A stretch of 36,990 nucleotides of DNA from Octopus bimaculoides (GCF_001194135.2 NC_068983.1:43347675-43384664), one strand, 5' to 3'. Positions 22,388-34,615 are shown, numbered from the stretch's first letter. The notes: a model not told the origin generated them from the letters alone. Program-made: numbers and translations.

Positions 22388-23396
22388 TTTTGTGTGTCTG
22401 TGTTTGTTCCCGCCACCATCGCTTGACAACCGTTGGCTGGTGTGTTTCTGTACCCGTAGCTTAGCGGTTCGGCAAAACAGGCCAATAGAATAAGTACTAG
22501 GCTTACAAAGAATAAATCCTGGCGTCAATTCATTCGAGTAAAGGCGGTGCCCCAGCATGGCCGCTGTCAAATGACTGAAACAAGTGAAAGAATGTGTGTT
22601 TGTGTGTCTGTGTTTGTCCCCCCACCATCACTTGACAACCGATGCTGGTGTGTTTACGTCCCTGTAACTTAGCGGTTCGGCAAAAAGAGACCGATAGAAT
22701 AAGTACTAGGCTTACAAAGAATAAATCCTGGGGTCGATTTACTCGACTAAAGGCGGTGCTCCAGCATGGCCACAATCAAATAACTGAAACAAATAAGAGT
22801 AAAAGAGTAAGACTTGCAATTAATTTATTCTGGAGAGTTCCTTCATTTAGAAATAAGTTCAAATTAAGGAGTTATACCATTTAATTATAACAATGTCGCT
22901 AATTAAGAAATAACTTGAATCAAGTGTTCCTCTTGAGCAAAGAAGTACAAAGGAGGTGTAGGTAAGAAGTCAGCTGACCGTTCCGAGCTGAGCAGAGAGC
23001 GAAGATATATTATAGGGTTTCTGACTCACGTTACGGCTATGGATTATATACATAGCGATATATATATCTAATTAAGACACGGTTGTGTGGTAAGTAGCTT
23101 GCTTCTCAACCACATGGTTCCGGGTTCAGTCCCACTGCGTGGCACCTTGGGCAAGTGTTGGTGTGTTTACGTACCCGTAGCTTAGCGGTTCGGCAAAAGA
23201 CACCGATAGAATAAGTACTAAGCTTGCAAAGAATAAGTCCTGGGGTCAATTCGCCTTGTGAGTGGATTTGGTAAACGGAAACTGAAAGAAGCCCGTCGTA
23301 TGTATGTATGTATGTATATATGTATATATTTGTGTGCTTGTGTCTGTGTTTGTCCCTCCACCATCGCATGACAACCGATGTCGGTGTGTTTGCGTC
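21930..23396. mobile_element. Cluster of SINE family B copies (21930-22140 -, 22178-22592 +, 22593-22806 + 3' module, 23078-23396 + rearranged)
   Basis: Repeated matches to the head, CORE-like segment and 3' module. Confidence 0.88.
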
Positions 23397-23854
23397 CACG
23401 GTGTACCATTCGGCAAGTGTCGGATGATCGCAAAGCAACGTGTGATGAAGTGATTTGCTCAAGAAAACAATGCACTGTCTGGTCCGGAAATTGAACCCAT
23501 GATCACGCGATCGTGAGCACAATATTCTATCCACTAGGCCATGCGCCCTTACAACAATAATCACAACAACGACAGCAATGACAATTAGATATCCTTATAT
23601 AAGTACAGCATCTGACATTTAAGAAAAGGTCAAGCAATTTCAACGTCTCTCTAGCAGTAAGGAAACCTAAATCATTTACAATGTATCAAAGCAGAAGAGA
23701 GAAAGAAACTATTTTCAGCTTGTCCCCACACGGTCAAATTTATGCGTGAAATCCTCTGTGTGTTTGCTCAATCAGCAACAAAAAAGCAGCATTTAATTAG
23801 GATAGATTATAATGGTGCTCTTTCCCAACCAACGTATTTTGTGTGCATCTGCGC

Positions 23855-23919
<65 letters not shown>

Positions 23920-23924
23920 CTAAC

Positions 23925-24062
23925 ATTAGAAGAGGGAGGCCAAGGATGACATATGTTGATACCCTAAGAACAGTCTCTAGGAGAAACAGGACATGGCGGC
24001 GATGATGAGGGATAAAGACCGCTGGAGAGAACACGTCCATGGATCTCGGAAATTTTACCCGC
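23925..24062 (+). mobile_element. RTE C-terminal fragment
   Basis: RRGRPRMTYVDTL, frameshift, then MAAMMRDKDRWREHV. Same clade as 19507-20115. Confidence 0.7.
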
Positions 24063-24171
24063 TATATATATATATATATATCGCTTAGGCATTACAAGCC
24101 TAATAACCTGGTGTAGAACTCAATATACCTAATGCTTCAGAACGAAGTGTTTTATATATATATATATATAT

Positions 24172-24714
24172 CGAGCGTCAAACTAATACATCTGTTTGTT
24201 GTCTACACCACCTGTCTTCGTCTTTTGTTTTTTTTTGTTTTTTTTTGTGTGAATTATCCTCATATATTACACGCTCACCAGTTGATCCTGTCTCCTCTCA
24301 TCACCCAACGAACTTTTACGGATTCTCTACCTAGACTTTCTACTATCGTACACTTCAGCTGCACCTCTCCTGCCCATGGATTACACTGAACTCCTCTGTT
24401 GATGAAAAATCGCCCCAATATATCACGACATTCGAAGCTTTTGAACCTTTGAACTTTTTTGTACTTTCTGCTTTTTCCTATTGTCGTTTCCTCCTACACT
24501 GGTTGTTCTTACTCTGTTTTCTCTCACCATGATAGATCGCTGGCCACTACACATTCTTTTTTTCTCTCCTTGTTTCTTTCTGTGTTCCTTTCTGTGGAAG
24601 AGCGTAGGCTCGAAACGTTAAAGACTTTTTCACTTCCCGAGCGTTAAACTATTACATCTGTTTGTTGTCTACACCACCTGTCTTCGTCTTTTGTTGTTGT
24701 TTTTTGTGAATTCG

Positions 24715-24718
<4 letters not shown>
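24172..24718 (+). mobile_element. Penelope-like terminal fragment with a partial direct repeat
   Basis: gagcgtYaaacta.tacatctgtttgttgtctacaccacctgtcttcgtcttttgtt occurs at about 24172 and 24640 (pseudo-LTR-like), with gaagagcgtaggctcgaaacg at about 24597. The family call is inference. Confidence 0.5.
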
Positions 24719-24762
<44 letters not shown>

Positions 24763-24784
24763 GCGTGCGCATATATAGCAATAA

Positions 24785-25230
24785 ATTTCAAATTTTGGCA
24801 CAAAGCCAGCAAGTTTGAGGGAGGGAGTAAGTCGATAACATCGACCCCAGTGTTCAACTTGCACTTGCTTTATCGACCCCGAAAGGATGAAAGGCAAAGT
24901 GGGGCTCGGCGGAATTTAAACTCAGAACGTGAGACGGTCGAAATACCGCTAAGCAATTTGCCTGGCGTACTAACGACTATACTAGCCCCTGGTGTGTGTG
25001 TGTGTGTGAAGTATTTTTTTCTACTGTAGGCACAAGGCCCGAAATTTCGGGGATGGGGACCGGTCGATTAGATCGATCCCAGTACGCAACTGGTACATAA
25101 TTATCGACCCCGAAAGGATGAAAGGCAAAGTCGACCTCGGCGGAATTTGAACTCAGAACGTAACGGCAGACGAAATACCGCTAAACATTTTCACCCGGCG
25201 TGCTAACGTTTCTGCCAGGTCGCCGCCTTA
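24785..25230 (-). mobile_element. Two tandem SINE family A copies (about 24785-24985 and 25018-25230)
   Basis: Both contain ttatcgaccccgaaaggatgaaaggcaaagt and gaatttRaactcagaacgt. Confidence 0.88.
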
Positions 25231-25300
25231 AATATGGAATATAATATCTACAGACAGTTACATGTGCCGCGATAAGAAAAATGCGTAGTTATTTTATATA

Positions 25301-25382
<82 letters not shown>

Positions 25383-25689
25383 TGTGTGTGTTAAATTGAA
25401 TTACATGTCCATACTGCCAATTTTCTTGGCTGACGGCACATATTTGTAGGAACGCGGAATAATTAGATCGTAACACAAAGAACAATTAAAACAACGCCAC
25501 GCACGATAAGCCGGTCATATGCTTAAAATCTTTAATAACTTTTTATATTACATCATTAATATCCTCCTTGAAGTCTTCGAAAGAGTAGATGAAGCAGCCA
25601 GAGAAGCCTTTATCACACGCTAGAAATACCAGCTCGATTTTCTTCAAATTATATCTTACTGTCTTAAGTAAAGAAAGTTCATATTGGAG

Positions 25690-25843
25690 CAAGCGTGGCT
25701 GTGTGGGAAGAAGTTTACTTCCCAATCGCATGGTCCCTAGTTCAGTCCCACTGTGTGAAACGTTGTTCAAGTGTCGTCTACTATAGCCTCGTGCTGGCCG
25801 AAGCCTTATGAGTGGATTTGGTAAACGGAAACTGAAAGAAGCC

Positions 25844-25922
<79 letters not shown>

Positions 25923-26440
25923 ACCGTCGCTTGAGATTCGGTGTTTGTATATTCATTTCCGCGTAACATAAGCGCACATGACTATTAAAAAATATATCCT
26001 GAGATCGATTTGTGCGATTAAATTCTTCAAGGTGATTTCCGAAGCATGTCTGCAGTCCAATGATTGAAACAAGTAGAAGGTAAAAGATGCAAAAAGAGCC
26101 GGGATGGTCATTTCTGGAACATTATTGACCTCAAATATACTCAAACCAACCCACTCTGAAGATAAGCAACAACGATTTCTTGCTCATTGTTGTTTATTCC
26201 CAGGTAAGTCTTAAGTAGTAGGTCTATGGTCCAAGACATTCCAATCGTGACCAATCCGTCTTTTGAAAACCTTCTAATACTGCGTTTCCAATCATTTGCC
26301 TTTTCCTTGTTTTTTAAAGCCTAGTACTTATTTTATCGATCTGTTTTGCCGAACCACGAAGTTACGGGACGTAAACACACCAACACCGATTGTGTTGCGG
26401 TGGTAGGGGACAAACACAAACAGAGAAATACACATGAACA
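25690..26440. mobile_element. SINE family B with a (CT)n interior (25690-26080, +) and a 3' module (26290-26440, -)
   Basis: Head and CORE-like segment, about 72 bp of (CT)n, then a diverged 3' module. Further family B copies lie at about 16720-16865, 18350-18545, 28030-28265, 29095-29262, 30860-31020 and 36525-36670. Confidence 0.8.
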
Positions 26441-26482
26441 CACATACATATATGCATACATATATATATGTATGCATATATG

Positions 26483-26532
<50 letters not shown>

Positions 26533-26536
<4 letters not shown>

Positions 26537-26866
26537 TAAACGTATCTGTCAAGACCTACCAAATATAAACGTATCTGTCAAGACCTACCAAAAACTGAGC
26601 AAATATAAAGATCTTGAAATAGAAATTAGCAAAATGTGGAATCTGAAGACGAAAACAATACCTATTGNNNNNNNNNNNNNNNNNNNNNNNNNNNNNNNNN
26701 NNNNNNNNNNNNNNNNNNNNNNNNNNNNNNNNNNNNNNNNNNNNNNNNNNNNNNNNNNNNNNNNNNNNNNNNCTACATGAACTTCTAACTTGTTGTCTCT
26801 TGAGGTCTCTGGGTGAGACTTGGATCCAACTTGTACAAATGCAAAACAAAAGTCAAACATAAAATA
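26533..26866 (+). mobile_element. 5'-truncated R4/Dong LINE (restriction-like endonuclease C-terminus) inserted in (TAA)n
   Basis: NVSVKTYQKLSKYKDLEIEISKMWNLKTKTIPI, the K.KY.DL...W...P.V RLE motif. (AAT)n runs flank both sides, and Dong elements are known to target TAA repeats. Confidence 0.85.
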
Positions 26867-26889
26867 ATAATAATAATAATAATAATAAT

Positions 26890-27020
26890 TAATTCGTTTT
26901 ATTGGCCACAAGGGCTAATATCAATCAAAAACATGTAAGGACAAAGACAGGACGAAGTTTACAAAAGGTTTTGTCCGAAAAGTAGAAAAACGTTCGTGTA
27001 AACAGAGGAAAAAAACGGAG
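26890..27020 (-). mobile_element. Retroposon 3' end sharing its tail with SINE family A
   Basis: Minus strand reads gtcctgtctttgtccttacatgttt...tagcccttgtggccAATAAAacgaatt(att)n. Confidence 0.55.
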
Positions 27021-27036
27021 AATAATAATATAATAC

Positions 27037-27105
<69 letters not shown>

Positions 27106-27237
27106 TTACTAGACTATTTGTCTAAGCCAAGTAACACAGCGGAGTTCCTGAAGTAGATCCAGCGGAAATATACCCCAAACGTAGATGACACTAGGTAGCC
27201 CAAACTATGAACGTGATTTGCTCAACACACTATTAAA

Positions 27238-27302
<65 letters not shown>

Positions 27303-30038
27303 TGTAAACAGTATTAGCGGTGGTTATAGTAATGGACTGAGGAATAAAATATCCATATATACTATCGGTATCCGTTACCCGTACTATCCCCGGGAAATGG
27401 TGTGCAGGCACACGATGCACGTAGAGTGCAGATAACAACAGGATAAACAAGGGTTTATCAGGAACAAATGCAAATAATTAGAAAATGGAGAAAACCACAG
27501 ATTAACCAACACATCGATTGGACCTCATTTATTGTTTATTTTTTAATACAACGCATGGCATAACAAAATAGGTGACGTAACATATCTTACGGCCGTTACT
27601 GATCGGATTGCCAAAATGCAGTCTATACATAGATGCTAGAATAAAATTCTTCATCTTTATGGGGCATTGGAATAAAGGCAACGGATCTTTAGCAGGGTGA
27701 AAAACAAGAGTATACAATATAAACAAAAGGAAGAAGGAAAAGGAAAGAAAACTTGGCTTAGACAAATAGTCTAGAAACCCAATATATTAGAGCAAATAAT
27801 TATTTATCATCAGGGCTACAGGGTCGGTAGGTAAAAGAGTGAGATAGTAAAGGTCTAGGGAATACTACAGTTTATTAACGAGTACGTGCAATTTTAAAGG
27901 TGGGGGGATCAGGGTGTTTAGAAAAAGAAGTTATCAAGAAACAATATGTAAGGAAAATACTAACTTGATTATCAAAGGGCAGGACCTATGCTAACGGAGA
28001 AAACTCAAATAAAAGTAAATAATTATATAGGCGCAGGAGTGGCTGTGTGTTCACTCCTTTTATGTTTGTCTGTCCTTGTTCGTCCCCTCTTTGTAATGCC
28101 TTTATGGCAAATATTTATGAAATAAAGTAGCATGTTTACCAACCACATGGTTCCAAGTTCAGTCCCACTGCGTGGCACCTTGGGCAAGTGTCTTCAACCA
28201 TAGACTCGGGCCGACCAAAGCCCTGTGAGTGGATTTGGTAGACGGAAACTGAAAGAAACCCGTCTAAAAAAGGGAAACCGGTCAAGTGAATAAACATCTT
28301 TAAAATTGCATTTTCAAACCTTCTTTCATATATATTTCCACTCGTGTGGTACCTTACAACTTTACTTTATATATATATATATATATATATNNNNNNNNNN
28401 NNNNNNNNNNNNNNNNNNNNNNNNNNNNNNNNNNNNNNNNNNNNNNNNNNNNNNNNNNNNNNNNNNNNNNNNNNNNNNNNNNNNNNNNNNNNNNNNNNNN
28501 NNNNNNNNNNNNNNNNNNNNNNNNNNNNNNNNNNNNNNNNNNNNNNNNNNNNNNNNNNNNNNNNNNNNNNNNNNNNNNNNNNNNNNNNNNNNNNNNCCCC
28601 CCCCCCCCCCGCCTGTTACTCACACGTGCCTATAGGTAATTTTTCTCATCGCTCTGTCTTTTCTGGTTGGGACGTCCAGCTAGCCGTACGTCATTTCTCT
28701 CGCCCCTCGATATCTTTTTGTCTTCTATTTATTATATATCCTTTCAAAATTTCTCCCAGGCATTACCCATTAGAGTTCGTCTTGGCCTAAGGGCCCTAAA
28801 CGCCTATCTTCGTCAATCGTTTCCGTAGTTCACTCTGGTGTTGTTTGTTTGTTCGAAGCCCTAACTCTCCACAAATTTCTTATTTTTAAAGTTTCTGGAT
28901 GCTGCTGTCTTATGAAGTTCGCCTCTCTTTTCGTTAAAAGCGCGAAACAGGTAGTAATAAACAGTCGACAACTGAAGAGGAGTTAGATTTCTTTTGGTAT
29001 TTTGTCCCGTACTTGTCTCTCGTTGTGTGTTTACGTATTTTTCGCTCGTTGGGGATGTCCTGTACTTTATGTGTATATTTTCATTTATATATATACAACG
29101 GGCTTCCTTCAGTTTTCGTCAACCAAATTCATTCACAAGGCTTTTGTCGTCCTGAGACTATAGTAGAAGATACTTGCCTGAGGTTCCACGCAGTAAGACT
29201 GAACCCGGAACTATGTGGTTAGGAAGCAAGCGTCAGACCACACAGCCACACTTGCGCCTATAACATGATTAATTGAGAAACACCCCACATCTTTTCAAAC
29301 AGCTAAGGTTTATTGTACAATTTCAATTCTATAATTTGTTAACCTTTAATGAATAAGGTTATCAATTATTTGAACAATTGTACGATGACTCACTCAGTTG
29401 GGTTTGTGAAAGCCCCTTCGTCGCCATTCGCGACCCGGTCAATAACATGGCCTGTGTGTGTGTGTGTCTGTGCCCACTCTTACGTCCGAGTATTCTGGTG
29501 TGGATTCTGTGAAAGGTGCGAATGCGTAGGCATCTATTTCTTTGTATGTGTGTGTGTCTGTGTGTGTGTGTGTGTGCGCGCGCGCGCATGTGTGTGTGTG
29601 TGTGTGTGCGCCTGTGTGTGTGTGAGTGTGTCTCCTAGCTTAAATATTTTATATGCATTTTTATAGGGATGTGAATGAGAATCTGAGAAAGAGAAAGGGA
29701 GAGAGAGATAGATTGATAGAGAGAGAGATAGATTGATAGAGAGAGAGAGAGATTGATAGAGAGAGAGAAAGGGAGAGAGATAGACAGAGGGGAGAGAGAG
29801 AGAAAGGGAGAGAGATAGACAGAGGGGGAGAGAGAAAGAGGGAGAGAAAGTGTAAATGTATGTGTGAGCGCGCGTTAGTGTGTGTGTGCGGGCGTGCGGT
29901 CACTCACCTGGGTGAGCACTTCGTGTGTGAGACAAAACGTGTGTGTGTATGTATGACTCAGTGTGTACATGTATGTGTGTGTGTGTTTGTGTATGTGCGT
30001 GTCTGTATGTGTGTGAAGGTTTGTGTTTGTATATGTAT

Positions 30039-30077
<39 letters not shown>

Positions 30078-30289
30078 TCTGTGTGTATGTATGTGTGTGC
30101 CCACTACTATATCCGGGTGTCTGGTGTAGGTTTTGTGAAAGGTGCGAATGCTTAAACATTCATTTCTTTGTATATTTATTTATAGTTAAAGTTAGTTTTC
30201 CATCCTTTTCATGGGTTATACGCGCGCATACACAACAATGAGTGCGCGTGCACAACAATCAGTGAGCGCGTGAGCGTATGGTGTGCGTG

Positions 30290-33200
30290 AGAGAACGTAC
30301 TTATGTGTATAGATATAAATAATATATGAATATATGCATATATATGTACATGTATGTACATACCTTCATCTACATGTATATATAGATGCATATCTGGGTA
30401 CATGGCGTTGTAAAAAACATGGACAAAATGATAAACAGAGTACAGAAAACGCACAGGCCACATAGAGAACATTTCCTTCGGGACGGCGCGGATCAAATTA
30501 AAATTTAATCATTCATCTTTCATTCTGACACCTCAATATATTTATTAGAACACCGAAACTAACCGACAATTTTGTTTTATCCGGATGTTTTGTTATTAAA
30601 TGATTGATCATTCTTGAAGGCTTCGCTCCTTTGAGAAATTTTTTTTTTTTTTTCCCCAAGACAAACACTTTCATTGCTAGTCACTATTAATGAAGAGAAA
30701 AAAAACATATATTTCAAATATCTACATAAAATATTGACGGTTACGTTTCTTTTTCACTCATTTACATGACACTAGCCACATTAATATTGATTAGACCATG
30801 AAAAGAAAGACGAAAACGCTTACCACCATGTTCTGTAATAAAATAAATGGAGGAATGTCACAGGTGTGGCTAAGTGGTTAATGAGCTTACTTCCCAACCA
30901 CGGAGTTTGGGGTTCAGTCCCATTGTATAACACCTTGGGCAAATGTCTTCGACTTGAACCCAGGGCGATCAAAAGATTTGTGAGTGGATCTGGTAGCCAG
31001 AAACCGAAAAAAGCCCATATATATGTATATATGTATGTAACTGCCCTAACTCTTCGAAATGCTTAGTCTTAGAATGGTGGCAGCTGATGAAGGAAATGTT
31101 CTCTATGTGGCGTATGTGTTTTCTGTACTCTGTTTATCATTTTGTTCACGTTTTTTTTTTGCAACGTCTTGTACCCAGATATGCATCTATGTATACAGGT
31201 AGATGTAGGTATGTACATACATGTTCGGATATATGCATATACTCATATATTATTTGTATATATGTATGTATATATATATATATACTAGCAGAAATACCCG
31301 GCGTTGCCCGGGTTAAAGAGAATAATGAAATCTAAAAACGCCGTCTAGACTACGCATCATCTTTATATATAGAAATGTATATACACACACGCACCCAAAC
31401 ATACGTATATATATGTATATCAATATAAATATATGAAAGTCAATGAAGTTTCGTAAAAGAAGGTGATCATGTACATACTTTCTTGCTGTTGTGATTATAA
31501 CACCTCATNNNNNNNNNNNNNNNNNNNNNNNNNNNNNNNNNNNNNNNNNNNNNNNNNNNNNNNNNNNNNNNNNNNNNNNNNNNNNNNNNNNNNNNNNNNN
31601 NNNNNNNNNNNNNNNNNNNNNNNNNNNNNNNNNNNNNNNNNNNNNNNNNNNNNNNNNNNNNNNNNNNNNNNNNNNNNNNNNNNNNNNNNNNNNNNNNNNN
31701 NNNNNNNNNNNNNNNNNNNNNNNNNNNNNNNNNNNNNNNNNNNNNNNNNNNNNNNNNNNNNNNNNNNNNNNNNNNNNNNNNNNNNNNNNNNNNNNNNNNN
31801 NNNNNNNNNNNNNNNNNNNNNNNNNNNNNNNNNNNNNNNNNNNNNNNNNNNNNNNNNNNNNNNNNNNNNNNNNNNNNNNNNNNNNNNNNNNNNNNNNNNN
31901 NNNNNNNNNNNNNNNNNNNNNNNNNNNNNNNNNNNNNNNNNNNNNNNNNNNNNNNNNNNNNNNNNNNNNNNNNNNNNNNNNNNNNNNNNNNNNNNNNNNN
32001 NNNNNNNNNNNNNNNNNNNNNNNNNNNNNNNNNNNNNNNNNNNNNNNNNNNNNNNNNNNNNNNNNNNNNNNNNNNNNNNNNNNNNNNNNNNNNNNNNNNN
32101 NNNNNNNNNNNNNNNNNNNNNNNNNNNNNNNNNNNNNNNNNNNNNNNNNNNNNNNNNNNNNNNNNNNNNNNNNNNNNNNNNNNNNNNNNNNNNNNNNNNN
32201 NNNNNNNNNNNNNNNNNNNNNNNNNNNNNNNNNNNNNNNNNNNNNNNNNNNNNNNNNNNNNNNNNNNNNNNNNNNNNNNNNNNNNNNNNNNNNNNNNNNN
32301 NNNNNNNNNNNNNNNNNNNNNNNNNNNNNNNNNNNNNNNNNNNNNNNNNNNNNNNNNNNNNNNNNNNNNNNNNNNNNNNNNNNNNNNNNNNNNNNNNNNN
32401 NNNNNNNNNNNNNNNNNNNNNNNNNNNNNNNNNNNNNNNNNNNNNNNNNNNNNNNNNNNNNNNNNNNNNNNNNNNNNNNNNNNNNNNNNNNNATCTCTCT
32501 CTCTCTCTCTTTCTCTCTTTCTCTCTCTGTGAAAGTATCTGTCGCTACAGTATCGAAATGTGATTGTTTCAGTTAGTGGAATAGTTTCATTTTTAAAGTG
32601 AAAGTATTTGACATAAGTGTTTTTGTTTCACTTTTGACACGTAATACTTAAATAGTGGAGGAGATATTATGTTGCCGTGTGCTCGAACTCTGCAAGAAGT
32701 TAATAATTTTTTTTGACTAAAACACAACTGGAACCCTAAGTAAGGCATGTGTAAAATTTGACTGAAATTGGTTGCGTAGTTCTCGAGTTTTAGGGATTCA
32801 CACAGACAGACAGACAGACAGGCAGACAGACACACATTCTCATTTTTATATATATAGATTACATAATACATACACATATGGTAATAAACAAACTTACGGA
32901 ATGATATATTAAAATCATTGAACGCACAGACGAACTGAGAACAAACACAGATCACAAATTCTTTATCAGTTATCGACCAGGGCATCGAGTGCTATTTCAT
33001 GCCATTATATATATAAATGATATGTGAGCATATGCATATATACATACATACATATATGTACATACCTACATCTACATGTATATATAGATGCATATCTGGG
33101 TACAGGACGTCAAAAAAACGTGGACAAAAAAGGAACGGGAACATAAACAAAGCACAAAAAACGAACTTTTTTTACGGACAACAGAATGAACACATAGGAA

Positions 33201-33300
33201 AACAGACAAGCCACATGTGGAACTTTTCCTTCATCAGTTGCCTCTATTCTAAACTAGGTGTTTCGAAGATGAGGCAGAAGGCGCTCTTGGAATAGCTCTT
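30290..33300. repeat. Three copies of one dispersed repeat end (about 30290-30480 -, 31050-31260 +, 33030-33300 -)
   Basis: Shared ctgatgaagga...tgtggc...ttttctg and cccagatatgcatctatRtatacaNgtagatg. Confidence 0.75.
31284..32860 (+). mobile_element. Helitron/helentron-associated (DINE-1/Lep1-like) ends at 31284-31372 and about 32640-32860
   Basis: actagcagaaatacccggcgttgcccggg start, then aaaatttgactgaaattggttgcgtagttctcgagtt, (CAGA)n and a tatatagat end. These are recalled hallmarks of such elements. The two ends are not shown to be one element. Confidence 0.5.
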
Positions 33301-33364
33301 CCCAAGAAGCAAATTAAGTGAAACCTGCTATGCAGAGGATTCCAGAGTAGCAAACAGAAACCAA

Positions 33365-33402
<38 letters not shown>

Positions 33403-33413
33403 TGTGTGTGTGT

Positions 33414-33454
<41 letters not shown>

Positions 33455-33693
33455 NNNNNNNNNNNNNNNNNNNNNNNNNNNNNNNNNNNNNNNNNNNNNN
33501 NNNNNNNNNNNNNNNNNNNNNNNNNNNNNNNNNNNNNNNNNNNNNNNNNNNNNNNNNNNNNNNNNNNNNNNNNNNNNNNNNNNNNNNNNNNNNNNNNNNN
33601 NNNNNNNNNNNNNNNNNNNNNNNNNNNNNNNNNNNNNNNNNNNNNNNNNNNNNNNNNNNNNNNNNNNNNNNNNNNNNNNNNNNNNNNNNNNNN

Positions 33694-33757
<64 letters not shown>

Positions 33758-34615
33758 TGATGGTTTGTTGCCAACTTAATGTGGCAGTCCCAGGAAAGGG
33801 AAGAATGCTACTCCTATTTATCCCCAGGAAACATCATTTCCAGTTGGCTATGTGATACAAACGTTCTGTGTCCTTAAGTTTCCAAACAGGGGAGATACTT
33901 AGAAATGCACAGCTGCTTATTTCAGTATTCCAAATCCGTATATAAATATTAAATTTATGTGAAGTGCGCATGAAGTGCGCGTAATAATATCAAAATAGAA
34001 GAACGGAAAAATTTTTGGCATTATTTATTCACTATTACATGAGTTTCATTTGCTAATTGGAGTTACAAAACTGTGCAAGTAGTAGAAAACATATAAGATA
34101 TCTCATGTGAAGAATTCTTGAGGCAGAGAATCAAATAATTTATTATTTGATTCTCTGTCTGAAGAATATCTAATAGGAGATATCTTACATATTTTTTTGC
34201 AACATATCCAATTTTATAGCTCCTATTAGCAAACGAAACACGTGTAATGGTGAATAAATAATAACCACAAATTTTCCAATCTCCTATTTTAATACGTGTG
34301 TGTGTATGTATGCGTGTGAGTGTGTGTGTATGTGTGTTCATATAAGGACAAGGGCTGTGGAAAATAGGCCTCAACGAACTCCGACTGACCAGTGCAAACA
34401 TTGGGAAAATGAACGTCTTTGCCAAATCATGTACGCATGTATCAATATGCATATATGAATATTGATGCATATAACCTCTACATTCAAAAGAAACTCAACA
34501 GAACATCTATCCATCACCACACCCACACTCACACACGCATTCGCGCACATACCCACACGTACGCATTCACACCTGTACACATACGCACATACATTCACAA
34601 ACATGTGCTTATACG

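Noticed and set aside
22940-22960. Strong donor-like GTAG|GTAAGA
   Set aside because: No matching acceptor or open frame upstream.
24590-24615. Possible hammerhead at tggaagagcgtaggctcgaaac
   Set aside because: The CUGA core is absent (TGGA), and the register of stem II does not fit the canonical fold.
25519-25680. Short coding-looking stretches on both strands (MLKIFNNFLYYIINILLEVFERVDEAAREAFITR)
   Set aside because: No convincing splice sites or family motif.
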